DNA of 64,000 nucleotides from Haliotis rubra (taxonomy: Eukaryota), in assembly GCF_003918875.1 (NCBI RefSeq), contig NW_025765891.1, positions 3,596,001 through 3,660,000 of the forward strand, written 5' to 3'. The notes under the pieces are model-generated. The model had not been told where the DNA came from and did not search any database. It saw nothing but the letters and a program-made list of their open reading frames with translations. Below are positions 26,530-38,358 of this stretch, piece after piece. A program made the position numbers and the translations under genes. Within the stretch, counting starts at the first letter, position 1; the number at the start of each line of letters is the position of its first letter.

Positions 26530-26760
26530 ACCCCTGAAGATCTGGGTTAGAATTGGTCTTTAGCAATCTACGCTTGTCGTAAGAGACGACTAACGGGGTA
26601 GGGTGGTCAGGCTCGCTCACTTGGTTGACACACGCCATCGTATCCCAATTGTGTAGATCGATGCTCTTTGATGTTAATCACTGGGTTGTATGGTCCAGAC
26701 TCGATTATTTACATAACGCCGTCACATAGCTGGAATATTGCTGAATGCGGCTTTAAACGA
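26530..26760 (+). mobile_element. Retroposon family B, full-length copy
   Basis: ACCCCTGAAGATCTGGGTTAGAATTGGTCTT...TTGTCGTAAGAGACGACTAACGGGG...GCTGGAATATTGCTGAATGCGGC. Confidence 0.85.
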
Positions 26761-26934
26761 GAAACAAGAAATGCTTGTGGATATGGATATGTTTACAACC
26801 ATCAAGCCGCCATGCCTTACTATACTGTAACCGGAGTCAATCAATGTTGATATAATAATAATGAATGTTTTGAGAGTGTATCTCCACTTGCACTTGCTTA
26901 CGAGCATAGTTCTTTGTACGGTAATGGTTCTTGA

Positions 26935-27104
26935 CTGACTGACTGACTGAGTTTGGGTTTACACCGCTTTTAGCAATATTCCAGCAACATCACGGCGGGG
27001 GACACCAGAAATGGGCTTCACACATTGTGCCCATGTGGGGATTCGAACCCGGGTCTTCGGCGTGACGAGCCAACGCTTTAACCATTAGGCTACCCCACCG
27101 CCCC
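26935..27104 (-). mobile_element. tRNA-derived SINE family A
   Basis: A/B-box head and (AGTC)n tail. 13-bp TSD TAATGGTTCTTGA at 26922-26934 and 27105-27117. Confidence 0.92.
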
Positions 27105-27922
27105 TAATGGTTCTTGAAAGATGATTGGTGTATGACGTGAAATTTGCGTGTGTACGATTTTCATTTTTAAACTAGAAACAACTGTGTGATGGAAGATGAT
27201 TGTCAAAATTAATGGCCTTCAGTGATTTATTGACCTTCTTGAAAAACATCACAATCAAGAATGACACCCCATGCACGTGTATGGGGCCACTGCGTTGTGT
27301 ACGTGCATCACGCGCGTTGTGTTTAGGGGTGGTGACAAAGAGAAATGGTGGTACGTTCATAAGATGTCTGTCTTCGTTTGTTCACGCTTATACATTCTAT
27401 ACAAATTGAAAGTTCAGGTTCCCCTATTTTTTTTAAGAGTATATATGTGAGCGTTCGTGCGTGCGTGCGTGGGTGTGTGTTCGTGTCTTATCACAGAATG
27501 TTACAGTTTGTCATTTGACTTCCTCATATCAATGATATAGTGACTAAATGGGGTATGCCATTTTCCCTTCTTGGTACCGTGCAAATAGGACACATTCTGC
27601 ACAAGACAGCCTGAACACACGAGACAATGAGTGTGGATATGCGCCATTGTTGCAATATTCAGCAACCTCGCAAAGGGGAGCACAGTTCCCGTCAAATATA
27701 CCTGACATACACTTTTCCTTAAATCTAGAACTGTGGTATCGAGGAGTTGACTGACAAGATGGTCGCGAAATAACTGAACACTCAGTTCCGCTGTACATTA
27801 AGTAATGGTATCAGAATAAGTATAGTGTTAGAACTGACATGGAGACCGGTTCCATTTAATGTCACACCATCGATATTCTGCTGTACCTGCTTTATAGTTC
27901 ACTGTCTGGTCCATGCAAACTG

Positions 27923-28284
27923 GACCGCCTCCGTGGTGTAGTGGTTAGAGCGTCCGCCCGGAGAGAGGAAGGTCGCGGGTTCGATCCCCGACCGCCTCAT
28001 AACAAAAGACGTTAAAATATGGTACTTGTTGGTCCCTGCCTGGCGCTCGGCATTAATGGGTACAACAAGGACTGGTCGGTTCGGAGTCAGTATAATGTGT
28101 CTGGGTGGGGTATTCATGCTTCACTGCGGCATGGTATCTCAGTGGGCTAGCACTATAAAACCAGCTTCAGTCTGGGCTAGTACAAGCAGCCACACATACA
28201 CATACACACACGCATGCACGTCGTGATACTAGCGAAATATTCTCAAGCACGACGTTAAACCCAATTTCACCTCACCTCACCTCA
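27923..28284 (+). mobile_element. tRNA-derived SINE family C (V-domain-like body)
   Basis: A box TGGTGTAGTGG and B box GGTTCGATCC. Body AAAGACGTTAAAATATGGTAC..CCTGCCTGGCGCTCGGCATTAATGGG resembles the V-SINE domain. (CACCT)n tail. 12-bp TSD CCATGCAAACTG at 27911-27922 and 28285-28296. Confidence 0.88.
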
Positions 28285-29218
28285 CCATGCAAACTGAATC
28301 TGTTATTATATGGTGCATCAGCATATACCAACGACATCGTGGTTTGTTGGTCATAGTATCAACCACTGGCTTGTCGGGTCAAGACTCGGTTATCCTGTAG
28401 AATGCTATAAACAAACACATTACAAAAAATGACCCAATTATTTACAGAATGTTGAAGAGTAATGAGCTAGAAACGCACAACCAAATGAACCCATCATCAT
28501 TGATCTGACCAGTATATTTTGAGGCGATGAATGAATGAATTCACAAAGGTCTCGTGGAAACAACCTATTTCACCATACAGCAATATATGTTTACGTTTAA
28601 TGTTAGTATATAGCTGTGGTATTTGTCTCTGATTGGTCCAAGTAGTGTCATGTCCAGTTTCGGTTCTCAACTAGTGCCAGGTACTTGAATATTAATGTAT
28701 CTTTATTTTGAACTGGACACGATAGCAGCCGGTGTGAGCATAAATGAATGATGTGATATTTCCGTTTGCTATTTAGTAATTCCGATTAATTATTTTAACA
28801 CCTGGCATGACTGTGAGACCTGAAATATGAAAGTATTGATGGTAAAGAGATACCAGCGATAAGTGTTATATCGCGGGAGCTCATTGACAAGCCGCGGAGA
28901 TAATTCCATAATTGATGATAATGTTGCACGTGCATTATCAGCATGTCCACTGTCAGTGAATGTTGTCAGTGAAAGTTAAGACAGCATATCGTCACTATAT
29001 TTTAAATGAGCTGCCTAAGTTTACTACTCCCGTCCGTTACGTACAAATGACGACATAAGCATACCAACAGCATACCTACTTCGTTTCTTATTTGATCACA
29101 GTCTGCATCTCGCAGCAGACAATTGATTGACAAGTTTATATACATTATCAGACCTTGGCATAAGGTCAAATCCATAAGGGGTCTGCACATGCAGCCTATA
29201 CTATAACGTTCATCAGTG

Positions 29219-29225
29219 TATAAAA
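29219..29225 (+). promoter_or_regulatory. TATA box of the secreted VWC-protein gene
   Basis: GTATAAAAG ~60 bp upstream of the ATG at 29280 (context ACAACATGG). Confidence 0.65.
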
Positions 29226-29279
29226 GGAGACGCATAGGACTCGTGGAGTATTCTGAAGCCTCATCACCGGCAGGACAAC

Positions 29280-29525
29280 ATGGCAGCCACGATCTCCCCG
29301 ACTTCCGCCCTGTCCGTCATGATTCTCATCGCAACCTTACTGGCAGCTCCTTCGTCTGGGAAGTCATGTTATAAAAGAGATTATGACGCTATCAGCATCA
29401 TCCTGGACGGGACGACATGGGACAGGCGTTGTCATAATTGCACCTGCGTCGACGGAGACATTGTTTGTGACGGTCCAACATGTACGAATAAGTACCGCCC
29501 TGAGTTCGAGTACATGTGTACAAAG
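29280..29525 (+). CDS. Secreted cysteine-rich VWC-domain protein, exon 1
   Basis: Signal peptide (..LSVMILIATLLAAPSSG) followed by GTTWDRRCHNCTCVDGDIVCDGPTC, a VWC pattern. Donor AAG|gtaggc, phase 0. Confidence 0.85.
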
Positions 29526-29616
29526 GTAGGCAGTCTTCTAATGTTTGTCTGTAACCATATAAAGCACCACTAGTTTATGAAGCATTCGTTTCAGTATGTA
29601 AGACCTCTCATGTACC

Positions 29617-29781
29617 GGGGCGGTGGGGTAGCCTAGTGGTTAAAGCGTTGGCTCGTCACGCCGAAGACCCGGGTTCGAATCCCCACATGGGCACAATGTG
29701 TGAAGCCCATTTCTGGTGTCCCCCGCCGTGATATTGCTGGAATATTGCTAAAAGCGGCGTAAAACCAAACTCAGTCAGTCC
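29617..29781 (+). mobile_element. tRNA-derived SINE family A
   Basis: TAGCCTAGTGG A box and GGTTCGAATCC B box. TSD CATGTACC at 29609-29616 and 29782-29789. Confidence 0.92.
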
Positions 29782-30009
29782 CATGTACCATTGATACGTT
29801 GATTGGGCCTTGTGCTGGGAAATATAGTCTTGACCGTGGTCTTTCTGATCCAGATTGAGATAGGTGTCACTGACTGAGGTCCTTGTGTCTATTCATGGTC
29901 GTGATCTCTACTCGCTTACTGATACACACATCAGTATTCCAGCGATGTGACGGCGGTCTGTAATTAACCGCCCACACAATCATCTGACTGATATCTTTTC
30001 CGGTTTGGG

Positions 30010-30158
30010 GGGTTTGTTGTTTAACGGTGCACTCCAGTAGTATTCCAACTATATGCAAATAATCGAGTCTGGATCGTGCAATATAGTGATCAACATCATG
30101 AGCATACGATGGCATGTGTCAACCAAGTCAGCGAGCCTAATCACCCGATCCCGTTAGT
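30010..30158 (-). mobile_element. Retroposon family B, partial copy
   Basis: ATGTGTCAACCAAGTCAGCGAGCCTAATCACCCGATCCCGTTAGT matches the family B body. Confidence 0.7.
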
Positions 30159-30210
30159 TCCATATTGCAATATAGTGTCAGATCATATTCTAAAATGACT
30201 AAAATGGTAA

Positions 30211-30411
30211 GGAACCGTTCATAATATGATGATGATTTTAAGGGGAGAGGGTGTCATTGATTTTGTACATGACATGCAAGGGAGGTGTGTGTGTGAGGCG
30301 CGCGGGGCACTTTGTACATAAATTTTATGGGAGTCATTCACATTGTACATGCTTCTCAAAAAACAAATCGTCATCACCCCCTTCCCCTAGCCGTAAATTA
30401 TGTACGGTCCC
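30211..30411. mobile_element. Tourist/Harbinger-like MITE
   Basis: TIRs GGAACCGTTCATAAT / ATTATGTACGGTCCC, with TAA on both sides (30208-30210, 30412-30414). Confidence 0.7.
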
Positions 30412-31419
30412 TAATGTCAAAATCGGGAATTTCATCCTTTTCGTCATTGCGTTGTGAAATGTCTTCTAATTGATGATGGCTATTGTGTGATACTGATTAT
30501 CAACATACCTGGAGCGTCCTGGCCACGTTTGCTACGCCTTTCCCAACCCGAGCAGAAATTCTTATTCATTTGTAGAAAGAAAGACATCAGGAAGATATTT
30601 AGCACAATTGGTGGCCATGGAGAGGTCTTCTTCCTGCTCACATGTTTACCCCCCAAGTGTACATGGAAGTCCAGCACATAACTTATTGTGTTCTCCGTGA
30701 CGTTCGGAAGGCATTTGCCTTTTTTGTTTTACAGTTATCCAGTTTGCTGACGATAGATATGTAACTGTATCTATGGTTACTACGTTTTGTTACAAAAACC
30801 CGATTGAACAATGGTTGAACTTTTCCCTTTATTGTACAATGGTGGACACTGGTGTACAAAAGTCATCACCCCAATCTGTGTGCTTGACAAAACAAGTCGG
30901 TGGCACAAATCATTGGTCTAAAACAGCGTTATTCCACGAAGTTCAGGTCACGGCAACCCGTTGTTACATGCGTGTAGCTACAGCTACTATAACCTCACAC
31001 ATGGTCTCTGTTGTCGATTTCATATGTGACAGTAGATCAATACATGAGCTGATAGTGGAGAACGTCACGTCAACCTGTTGCATGGCCAGGACAAGAGTGA
31101 CTGCACAATAACGTATAAAAGCTCTGTGTGGCTCGTTGGCATGTGACGATAAAATTATACATATTGATGGAATAATAATCATACTTGAATATGGCCGTTA
31201 CTGTAAGGGAAAGATCTATTAATAGGTGTACTTTGCGACAAGGGAGAAAGTCGAAAATGATAATCATTCTAATTGTACATAACGATGTTGACATAGAACT
31301 TCTAATGAGTTGCAAGAGTAATGCAATAGAGGGTTAAGGGCTGCTGTAACTATTTGTGTTGATGTTGGCAATGTTGTGTACTACGCCCTGGGAGTACTTG
31401 AGATCACAGGTATGCAGCA

Positions 31420-31575
31420 GATTCGTTGACACATTTCATCGTATCCCAATTGCGTAGATCGTTGCTTATGATGTTGATCACTGGATTGTCTGGTCCAGAC
31501 TCAATTATTTACAGACCATCGTCACATAGCTGAAATATTGCTGAGTGTGGTGTTAAACAACGCATAAACAAACAA
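31420..31575 (+). mobile_element. Retroposon family B, 3' part
   Basis: GTTGACACATTTCATCGTATCCCAATTGCGTAGATCG...ATATTGCTGAGTGTGGTGTTAAAC. Confidence 0.75.
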
Positions 31576-31942
31576 AACTAAAAACAAGTGAATTTAACCA
31601 AGATGTTTTAGCTTCGGGTAGACTGATCTTATATTATCGTTCCACAATCGTCAAGCAGCAAATGTCTTTCCACTGTCTTTTGCCACCTGAACTAGAAATT
31701 AAAGTGAAATCGCTTGGTTTGGACCTCAATATCATGGTGATTGTAAGGCTAAAACTATCCAAAGGAAAGATGTTATTGTAAGATTTTCTCTTGAAGAATA
31801 AAACATCGGTTCAGTTTAACCATGACTCCAATGAATTTGATTGTGTCATTTGTCACATTGTATACTTTAGTTTGATCATCAGTTGAGCTGCGTGGATCAG
31901 CAATGGAACCCGTTGATTAATCAGCCTATTTACTCCTTGCAG

Positions 31943-32102
31943 TGGTCTGAGGGCGGGTGTTGCTGTGAACACGAGGGGTGTGTTGTGGAGGGGGTGACCG
32001 TCGACCTGGACACCTGGTATCCGACCCGTGATAACCCCTGTGTCGAGTGCAAATGTGTTGTTGGGCATAGGCCCTGTCGGTCGAACGAGATCTGTGTCGC
32101 CA
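31943..32102 (+). CDS. Secreted VWC-domain protein, exon 2
   Basis: tactccttgcag|TGG, phase 0. Encodes WSEGGCCCEHEGCVVEGVTVDLDTWYPTRDNPCVECKCVVGHRPCRSNEICVA. Donor A|gtgagt, phase 1. Confidence 0.85.
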
Positions 32103-33014
32103 GTGAGTAAATTGACTCTCTTTACTGCTTTGTATAGGGATTATATAAAGGGTCGCGGGTAGTACATTGAGATAAGTAGATAAAATGAAACATATTATTT
32201 AGCGAGGATGTGACTTGAACTGTATGTAAGGAGCAACAGGGTGTGTCGATGCTGGAGGAGATGCCGATTTGGTTCAGGTCGTCCAGACTGTAATCAACAA
32301 TCGCACCTACTGCTGACTAACCACAGGTCATAGTGAGGCCGCATCAGAGATTATTCTTCGGATTGAGCCACGCATAAGGGACCATACACTGCTTGGAGAA
32401 AGCAGAGCCCCAGAACAGGGGTTACCTGACTACTCTACGGGGTTTTAACGGTAATATCAGTGGCGTTCTGTGATGATTATTACATAGTCATCACGTCGTG
32501 GGTGGGCAGACCTGAATACACACACTGCTAAGTTGTTCTGGCATGCCGGCCCAACAAACAACGGTTATCACGAATTCAGAGGTACCATTAATTCTAGTTT
32601 GTTGTACCCGTATCTTGTTATATGCATTTCAAATATAGTATACCGGCATTTCGGTACATGCAGGTTCGTTATAACCGTAGTTTCATGTTTGACATTTTAC
32701 AAAATTAGAAACATCTTGTTTGAAACGAAGGGATACAAATAACTATTATATTATTGGGCATTCATTTTGCTTCAAACCTTGTTCGCCTAGGTTGGGGTTC
32801 TGGGTTTGTTCCATGAAGGTGGCAAACGTCCACTTACTACCCGATAGCTGGTATATGTCATCGGAACACGTGTCATTGTATTTGTACATTACGTCATAAG
32901 CATTCAATTTGTATATTTCTTTTTATCAATGTCATATACGTGAATATTTAGAAACACTGTATTACATGTCATATATTTTACACTTCATTATATTTCATGT
33001 CATATTCATTGTGT

Positions 33015-33182
33015 GAGTGAGTGAGTGAGTATGGTTTTACGCCGCTTTTAGCAATATTCCAGCAATATCACGGCGGGGGGACACCAGAAAAGGGCTTCAC
33101 ACATTGTACCCATGTGGGGAATCGAACCCGGGTCTTCGGCGTGACGAGCCAACGCTTTAACCACTAGGCTACCCCACCGCCC
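33015..33182 (-). mobile_element. tRNA-derived SINE family A
   Basis: 11-bp TSD ATTCATTGTGT at 33004-33014 and 33183-33193. (ACTC)n tail. Confidence 0.92.
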
Positions 33183-33223
33183 ATTCATTGTGTATAATTT
33201 ACTTGTCATGCACATACTATATA

Positions 33224-33373
33224 TACTGAGAGAAACAAATAAAGGAACACAGGAACATTAAAGTGTTCCTTTAACATTTTCCAGGTTTCATCACCAGCTT
33301 TGAATACCGCTGTGGGAGGAAATCTGAGAATAGGAACACAGCCTTGGTGTTCCCTTATTTGTTTCCCTCAGTA
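33224..33373. mobile_element. Tc1/mariner-type MITE
   Basis: TIRs TACTGAGAGAAACAAATAAAGGAACAC / GTGTTCCCTTATTTGTTTCCCTCAGTA flanked by TA. Confidence 0.75.
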
Positions 33374-33481
33374 TATTAGTATATTTCATGTTTTGACGTT
33401 CTTTACGTAACATCATATTATTGTATATTTCATTACATATTCCGTCGTATTCATATGTATTTCCTCTACCGTTTATTTCAG

Positions 33482-33513
33482 AAATCCCGGTTGCAGTTTT
33501 GGATTAGACACTA
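33482..33513 (+). CDS. Secreted VWC-domain protein, probable last exon
   Basis: Acceptor gtttatttcag|AA in phase 1 gives KSRLQFWIRH*. AATAAA at 33937-33942. No motif support. Confidence 0.5.
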
Positions 33514-36203
33514 ACTGACAAGCAGATGCGATATGCAGGAAGAAGAATATTTTTCATAAACTACATGTGTTTAAAGCCTAGAAACCTACATGATTTATTT
33601 ATTCTTGCTCATCTATCATCTGAGTATGCCAGATGCTATTGACCCGGGTTGTGTTTGCTTGTTTTCGACAGTTGACATCGGATATTCTCTAGTGTTGGCG
33701 TTTTATATTTACTTAAACTGGGTCGATGTTTGGTTGATGGAAGATCCCGAGATTGATGATATTCTCACTAGCATTCATCAGTTATACTGAGACAAATGCC
33801 AAGAAAAGATCTGGGCCGAGATAGTAGAACTGAAATTCTCTTAGGTACAACAAGAAAATAAGTTATTCTATTTTTTCTGATCATTGAAAGGGTTCTGACG
33901 ATTGTAATGAAATATTTTTGTTTGTTTTTAAGTTTCAATAAAATCTGTAAATGCGCTAACATGCCTGGTGAGCCACTTGATTGTCTTGTGTGTTTGTTTA
34001 CATGCTGCTGTCGCCGAGTACTGGACATACTGTTCCCATTCATGTGAGTGAGCGAGTTACCGGTCAGCCAGCCACTCATATCTGGTGGCGTCAGTGATTT
34101 TCAGTGATTCACAGAATTTTCACATCAATTTTGTGTTTTACGACATGTGGAATCGATTTCTGAAGATAAATGAGATTAAGTATTGACATTGACGTTGTAT
34201 TTCTATTTCTGCTCAGTGTCATGTTACCACACACCTTCGCTCAGTGTAGTCATAAGAAACCTTCACCAACAGCTGGACTGCTGAAGACTTATACCTACCT
34301 GAAACTGAAACATAAACTGTTAAGACGTAAAATCTCTGTGGTGTTCTATAAAAACCTGCAAAAATAATGTTTTGGTACAGTCACATAATTTGTTGATCAA
34401 AATCAGACAGATAATGTGTGTATTCAAAAGAATTACGGGAACGCCCCATAAACATATTTGTTTCAAAATTGGCATACGAATTTAAACGTAAGTACGCGAT
34501 ATGAATCTTACAGATCGTTTAAAAGTGATCTCTAAAATACCTTTCCGTACCAACGACTGTAAAGTTACGTAACTTATTTATGATCAATTGAAGGCAGAAA
34601 AATAGGAAATGATAAAAATGAGTCACATATCATGTAAAATAATTATGAGAATGAATCCACTTTTCCTTTACATGCCCTATCCTGAATAACCTGAGAATTC
34701 TGTATACCAAAAATGTACTCAGGTAAACACCAGATATTGCATTCCCTTCTTGCACCTGTAGAAGTAATACCGATATTTTACACCTGTCACTATATTTAAA
34801 GCGTGCAACACCTGAAATATAGTGTATTTCCAAATTAATGTAATACTGCATGTAACATCAAATTGAGTAAGTTACTGTATATTTTGTTTACTCTGTATGT
34901 GGTCCGGGACCCTAAAATACAACAAACATCTTCATCTTCTTTCTCTCTACCTGGTCAGAATGTTTACTAGTGAAACTTTGCCGCAGATAATACGGCATGA
35001 AACTACCCATTATCCTTTAAAACGACTGACATTTGTGTGGAATATTAAATGTATAAACTACAATAACAGTCATAATGATGTGTACATAATAATCAATGAA
35101 CCGATAGTTTCCGGTCTATATTGCAATACATGTGTTACTTCATCAACATATTTACTAAAGGCTCTTGTCAGTACCAGTCCGATTTATTAAAGGCTCTTGT
35201 CAGTACCAGTCCGATCTTTACGACCATGTAGGCGTGGCGCCTTGCGGGCACCTGTGACACGGTAGTATCGGGTTGTTCAATACATGCCACCACTAGCTAG
35301 ATCGATATCAGTTTCAGTGTCTAACCTTACGGAAAATCTATATTTGTGTTTATGATTACCTTTAATAAAACCAACAGTCGTTGAATCATTCGATGTATTG
35401 GGTGCAGTACATAGGTCGTGTGTTGTTTCCGTGTAATGCGAGAAATTTCTGCAACACGTTCAAAGTTCTGGAGGACAGTATATAGAGGGCTGAGACAGCA
35501 TCATATAATGCACAGTCTTTAGAGTTTATCAAGTCTTCATGTGGTGTGATTCAGGTTTTTCATGCGATGTCTGATGACAGGCGCTAGTCTTCGTGTCTAC
35601 CAGACTCTGTCTAGTCTTCATAACCGGGTGTATGTTAAGGGTACGGAAGGACATGATGACTACAGAAGAGTAAAACATTGGAGCAACTTCTACGAAGCAG
35701 CAGCGTAGTCACACATCTGTGATTGTGGTTGAAACTTTCCTGCATTTAGCTTAGCAGGACGGTCCCTACAGTGCACATAAATCTATCTTCACCAAGGATA
35801 TTGTCAGTGAGCAGATGCAACATCAGGGGATATACAGGCGTGGAGACCAATAACGAAAGACAAACTACTCACGAAGAAGGAATAAAAGAATATTCAAGTT
35901 ATGTGCCGCTGGGCACAGCATTAAGTGCACACGAAGTTCTTGTGGACTTAACGTATGGTTAAAAAATATCGTTGATGCTAACAAGCACATCTCGATATTC
36001 TTCGTTTGGCTGACCATTTAGTGAGACATATAGGTTGTAAGTTCTTGATAGAGTCTTCACCCCCACAAAAGGCAACGGTATAACCGTAATGGTGGAGCTA
36101 CTACGCAGATGGATTAGACTGAAGGTCATTGGTGAAGTCTGTGACAGTATGAGGAATATGGGTTGAAACGGAAACCAACAGTCACTGGAAATAGCATTGC
36201 ATC

Positions 36204-37601
36204 ATGAGGGTGGCAAGGTTGCAGAGGTGCATCACTATTGGAGTGGTGTCATATTTTGTATGTTCAGTCATGTTCTATAGTTTTCTGCATTCCTCAAATA
36301 ACAAATATACACCAGAAGAACGTCCCCGAGAAAATACAGTTTCTATCCACCAGGAACTCGTGAGACATAAGAAGGCGCCGGGTGTACTAAAGAAGACAGT
36401 GTCTAACCCGGTGATCCAACACTGTGTTCAGGATCCACGTTACGCAGTTAATCTGCAATATGTTCATTCTAAACTTACGTCTCTGATCTACCTGTTCTCA
36501 GCCTATGCAGACTATAGACAGGAGAAACCACATGTTCGTATCGTTGGAATTATCAACAAACATGTGGCGTATATGAGTCTGTATTGCCACTACAAGGTCC
36601 CCGTGATGGGGGACGATGGAAACATGATTCATCAGCTTATTTCTTTTGGAGCGGAGAGATACGAGTTGTGTGAGAACCATCGTCGTGCGTTTGGAGGATG
36701 GATTGTGTCCTGCCCTCTACCGGAGATTCAAGGGAGACAACCATGCTTTGTCTATGTAGGTTTGTCAAGGAGGGATACTGTCAATAGTGTTGAGCTGTCA
36801 ATACTTACAACAACAAAATCTTCACCGGAAGCGCAGACTGATTTTGCTGTTTGCGTGCCGCCTCTATATGGAAGGTTAACCAGATTTGCTATTGTTCAGT
36901 TTATTGAGATGAGTCGTCTCCTTGGTGCGCGGCATTTTGTTTTTTATGATTTTGGTGTTTCACCGGATGTGCAATTAGCTTTGAAGTATTACCAGTCTGT
37001 TGGACTGGCTTCTGTTATTCCGTGGGATCTCCCAGTTTCATGGAATGATATATGGTATCTTGGACAGAGTGTGGCTCTGACCGACTGCCTTTACCGACAT
37101 ATGTCGGCAGTTAAATATCTCATGTTTAATGATCTAGACGAGTTTCTTGTACCACATGGCATTTCCACGAAATCTTGGCGTGATTTGACCGCCATGTTCA
37201 AACCGAATATATGTGGTCTGTCATTTAGAAGCGCATATTTTCAAATTAATAATTTACCTACTTGCAGCCAAGAGAACCGATGCTTAACCGTGCTACGTGC
37301 TACAGAGAGACATGAACGGTTTCCAAATATGGGAAGAAATAAAGTGATGGTTGATCCATATAAGGTATTTGAGATGGGGATACATCACGTGAGTAAACCA
37401 AACGTTGACAACTACACCGTGATAGAGGTCCCTCCTGATGTCGCGTATATTCACCACTACAGAAAGCTGGATGACGAGGCAATGGCGGAACGGTTTACCA
37501 AAGATGACTTTCTAGTGGGCGCGTACCGTTTCCCGCTCATCAAAATGTATCACAAAACTCTTGTTGCCATTCGGGAGTTTAGTCGCAATAACACAACGTA
37601 G
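36204..37601 (+). CDS. Glycosyltransferase family 92 (DUF23, galt-1-like), paralogue B
   Basis: 465-aa uninterrupted ORF with N-terminal TM, VCVPPLYG, GARHFVFY, DCLYR, FNDLDEFLVP and HHYR. Confidence 0.92.
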   Translation: MRVARLQRCITIGVVSYFVCSVMFYSFLHSSNNKYTPEERPRENTVSIHQELVRHKKAPGVLKKTVSNPVIQHCVQDPRYAVNLQYVHSKLTSLIYLFSAYADYRQEKPHVRIVGIINKHVAYMSLYCHYKVPVMGDDGNMIHQLISFGAERYELCENHRRAFGGWIVSCPLPEIQGRQPCFVYVGLSRRDTVNSVELSILTTTKSSPEAQTDFAVCVPPLYGRLTRFAIVQFIEMSRLLGARHFVFYDFGVSPDVQLALKYYQSVGLASVIPWDLPVSWNDIWYLGQSVALTDCLYRHMSAVKYLMFNDLDEFLVPHGISTKSWRDLTAMFKPNICGLSFRSAYFQINNLPTCSQENRCLTVLRATERHERFPNMGRNKVMVDPYKVFEMGIHHVSKPNVDNYTVIEVPPDVAYIHHYRKLDDEAMAERFTKDDFLVGAYRFPLIKMYHKTLVAIREFSRNNTT

Positions 37602-37843
37602 TTTAGTAAAACTGTATTAGATAAAAATATCTAACATTTTACTTTGTCTGAACACATCCAGGTCAGTCTGCTTCAATTGTAACCTTAACTGTTCAGTTAT
37701 TGTCAAATGACTTCAAGACTATATAATTCCATACAGTTTTTTATTTAACATACCTAAGGAATAGAAGTACTAGCCGTTGTAGAAACGCTTTAACAACTCG
37801 CTTATCCCACCGTCGAACATATCTGGCTACTCGGAGTTACAGG

Positions 37844-38358
37844 GATCCTCGATAATCTCCAGGGTATATGTTCCGATAAATCTCCACTATACCCTGGATG
37901 CATCTACGGCTCGAGCCGATGATTTTATTACCTCCCTTGGTTTGCTTTTTATCCAATCAGGAGTCTACGCTGGGAAGTTGAGTGCACCAATCACAACTCA
38001 CTTTCACTTTTTAAATTATCTTACCGATTAAACTTGGCAACACAATAATATATTGTTGCAGAGGTACTCTGAAAGAGGTAGAAGGAGTTCTTGCATATAT
38101 TATTTTAAGGTTTCAGACCTGTCAAATTGTCTGTATGTTTTCCCCCCAAATCTGAGTCGTACTGCGAACAAACTTTCGCGGCTGCGACCGCTATCTTTGT
38201 TAACACTGGCAAGCTCGGTTGTAACGGCGGCTTTTCTGATTGGCTACTGTGAGAATGCGGAGCCGGCAAAGGGAGGTAATAAAATCATCGAACCGTAGAT
38301 GCATCCAGGGTATAATGGACATGTATCGGAACGTATACCCTGGAGATTATCGAAGATG
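37844..38358. mobile_element. Mutator-like MITE
   Basis: ~95-bp imperfect TIRs (ATCCTCGATAATCTCCAGGGTATA...ATTACCTCCCTT). 9-10-bp TSD (G)AGTTACAGG at 37835-37843 and 38359-38367. Confidence 0.8.

Noticed and set aside
29617-29700. tRNA genes
   Set aside because: The tRNA-like heads are followed by SINE bodies, tails and TSDs, so they are not stand-alone tRNAs.
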